From Squalus acanthias (taxonomy: Eukaryota), in NCBI GenBank assembly GCA_030390025.1, contig CM059432.1, forward strand, positions 150,538,001 through 150,602,000: 64,000 bases of DNA, written 5' to 3'. The number at the start of each line of letters is the position of its first letter. The stretch's first letter is position 1. Shown here one piece after another: positions 63,295-64,000 of this stretch. Below the pieces are notes generated by a model. The model saw only the letters and a list, made by a program, of their open reading frames with translations, was not told where the DNA came from and did not search any database. The position numbers and the translations under genes were made by a program.

Positions 63295-63760
63295 GGGGTA
63301 CGGTCATGACGTGTTTACGATACTAGACTAGGAATCCAGAGGCCTGGATGAATAATCCAGAGAAGGAGAGTTCAAATCCCAACATGGCACTTTGAGAATT
63401 TGAATTTAGCTTTAATAATCTGGAATCAGTAAAAGTGACCACGAAGCTGTCAGATTGTCATAAAAGCCCAACTGCTTCACTAATGTCCTTCAGGAAGGAA
63501 ATCTGCCCTCCTTACCCGGTCTGGTCTACATGTGACTCCAGTCCCAAACCATCGTGGTTAACTCGCAACTGCCCTCTGAAGGGGCCTAGCAAGCCACTCA
63601 GTTGCATCAAACCGCTAAACAGCATTGTCTCACAGCATCAACTGGGCACCTTCACAACAGTAGTTCAAGAAGGTGGCCCATCACCATCTTCTCAGGGCAA
63701 TTAGGGATGGGCAACAAATGCCAGCCTTGCCAGCGACACCCACATCACAACAATAAAAAC
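63295..63760 (+). mobile_element. tRNA-derived SINE with LINE-derived tail, lying within L2 sequence
   Basis: Box B gagttcaaatccc at about 63368; tail shared with 54630-54710. Confidence 0.65.
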
Positions 63761-63769
63761 AAAATCTGC

Positions 63770-64000
63770 ACACATGGTGTCAGCTGCTACATGTATGCTG
63801 ATGACACCCAGCTCTACTACTCTACCAGCTCTCTTGGTCCCTCCACTCTGTGTGGTCAGATTGCTTGTCTGACATCCAGTCTTGGATAAGATGCAATTTC
63901 CTCCAGCTAAACATTGGAAAGACGAAAGCCATCATTTTCGGTCCCTGCCAGAAACTCCATACCCTTGCCATCAGCTCCATCCCCTCTCTGGTTACTGTCT
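63770..64000 (+). mobile_element. L2 LINE RT fragment
   Basis: GVSCYMYADDTQLY; FLQLNIGKTKAIIF. Confidence 0.85.

Overview
Eukaryotic, repeat-dense genomic DNA with no identifiable host gene. The repeat set (HE1-like V-SINEs, CR1/HER1-like LINEs, SacSINE1-like DeuSINEs, a shark-type TRIM fragment) points to a cartilaginous fish; this is an inference. Main contents: (1) a full-length two-gene Harbinger transposon (2772-6815, TTA TSD) with a HARBI1-type transposase and a convergent three-exon Myb/SANT gene, plus two deleted relatives and several MITEs; (2) an apparently intact pogo/Tigger transposon (56218-58815) with perfect 24-bp TIRs, TA TSD and an open 590-aa DD32D transposase; (3) a decayed retrovirus-like gag-pro-pol with foamy-like RT motifs and dual RNase H (lokiretrovirus-like), bracketed by a 38-bp direct repeat and next to an apparently inverted LTR; (4) a non-autonomous hAT element carrying a TRIM coiled-coil exon fragment, nested in an old CR1; (5) Penelope-type ends with minimal hammerhead ribozyme cores; (6) many CR1/L2 LINE fragments and SINEs, two with their likely partner LINE tails in the window. 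Family names come from motif recognition, not database searches, and boundaries of decayed repeats are approximate.
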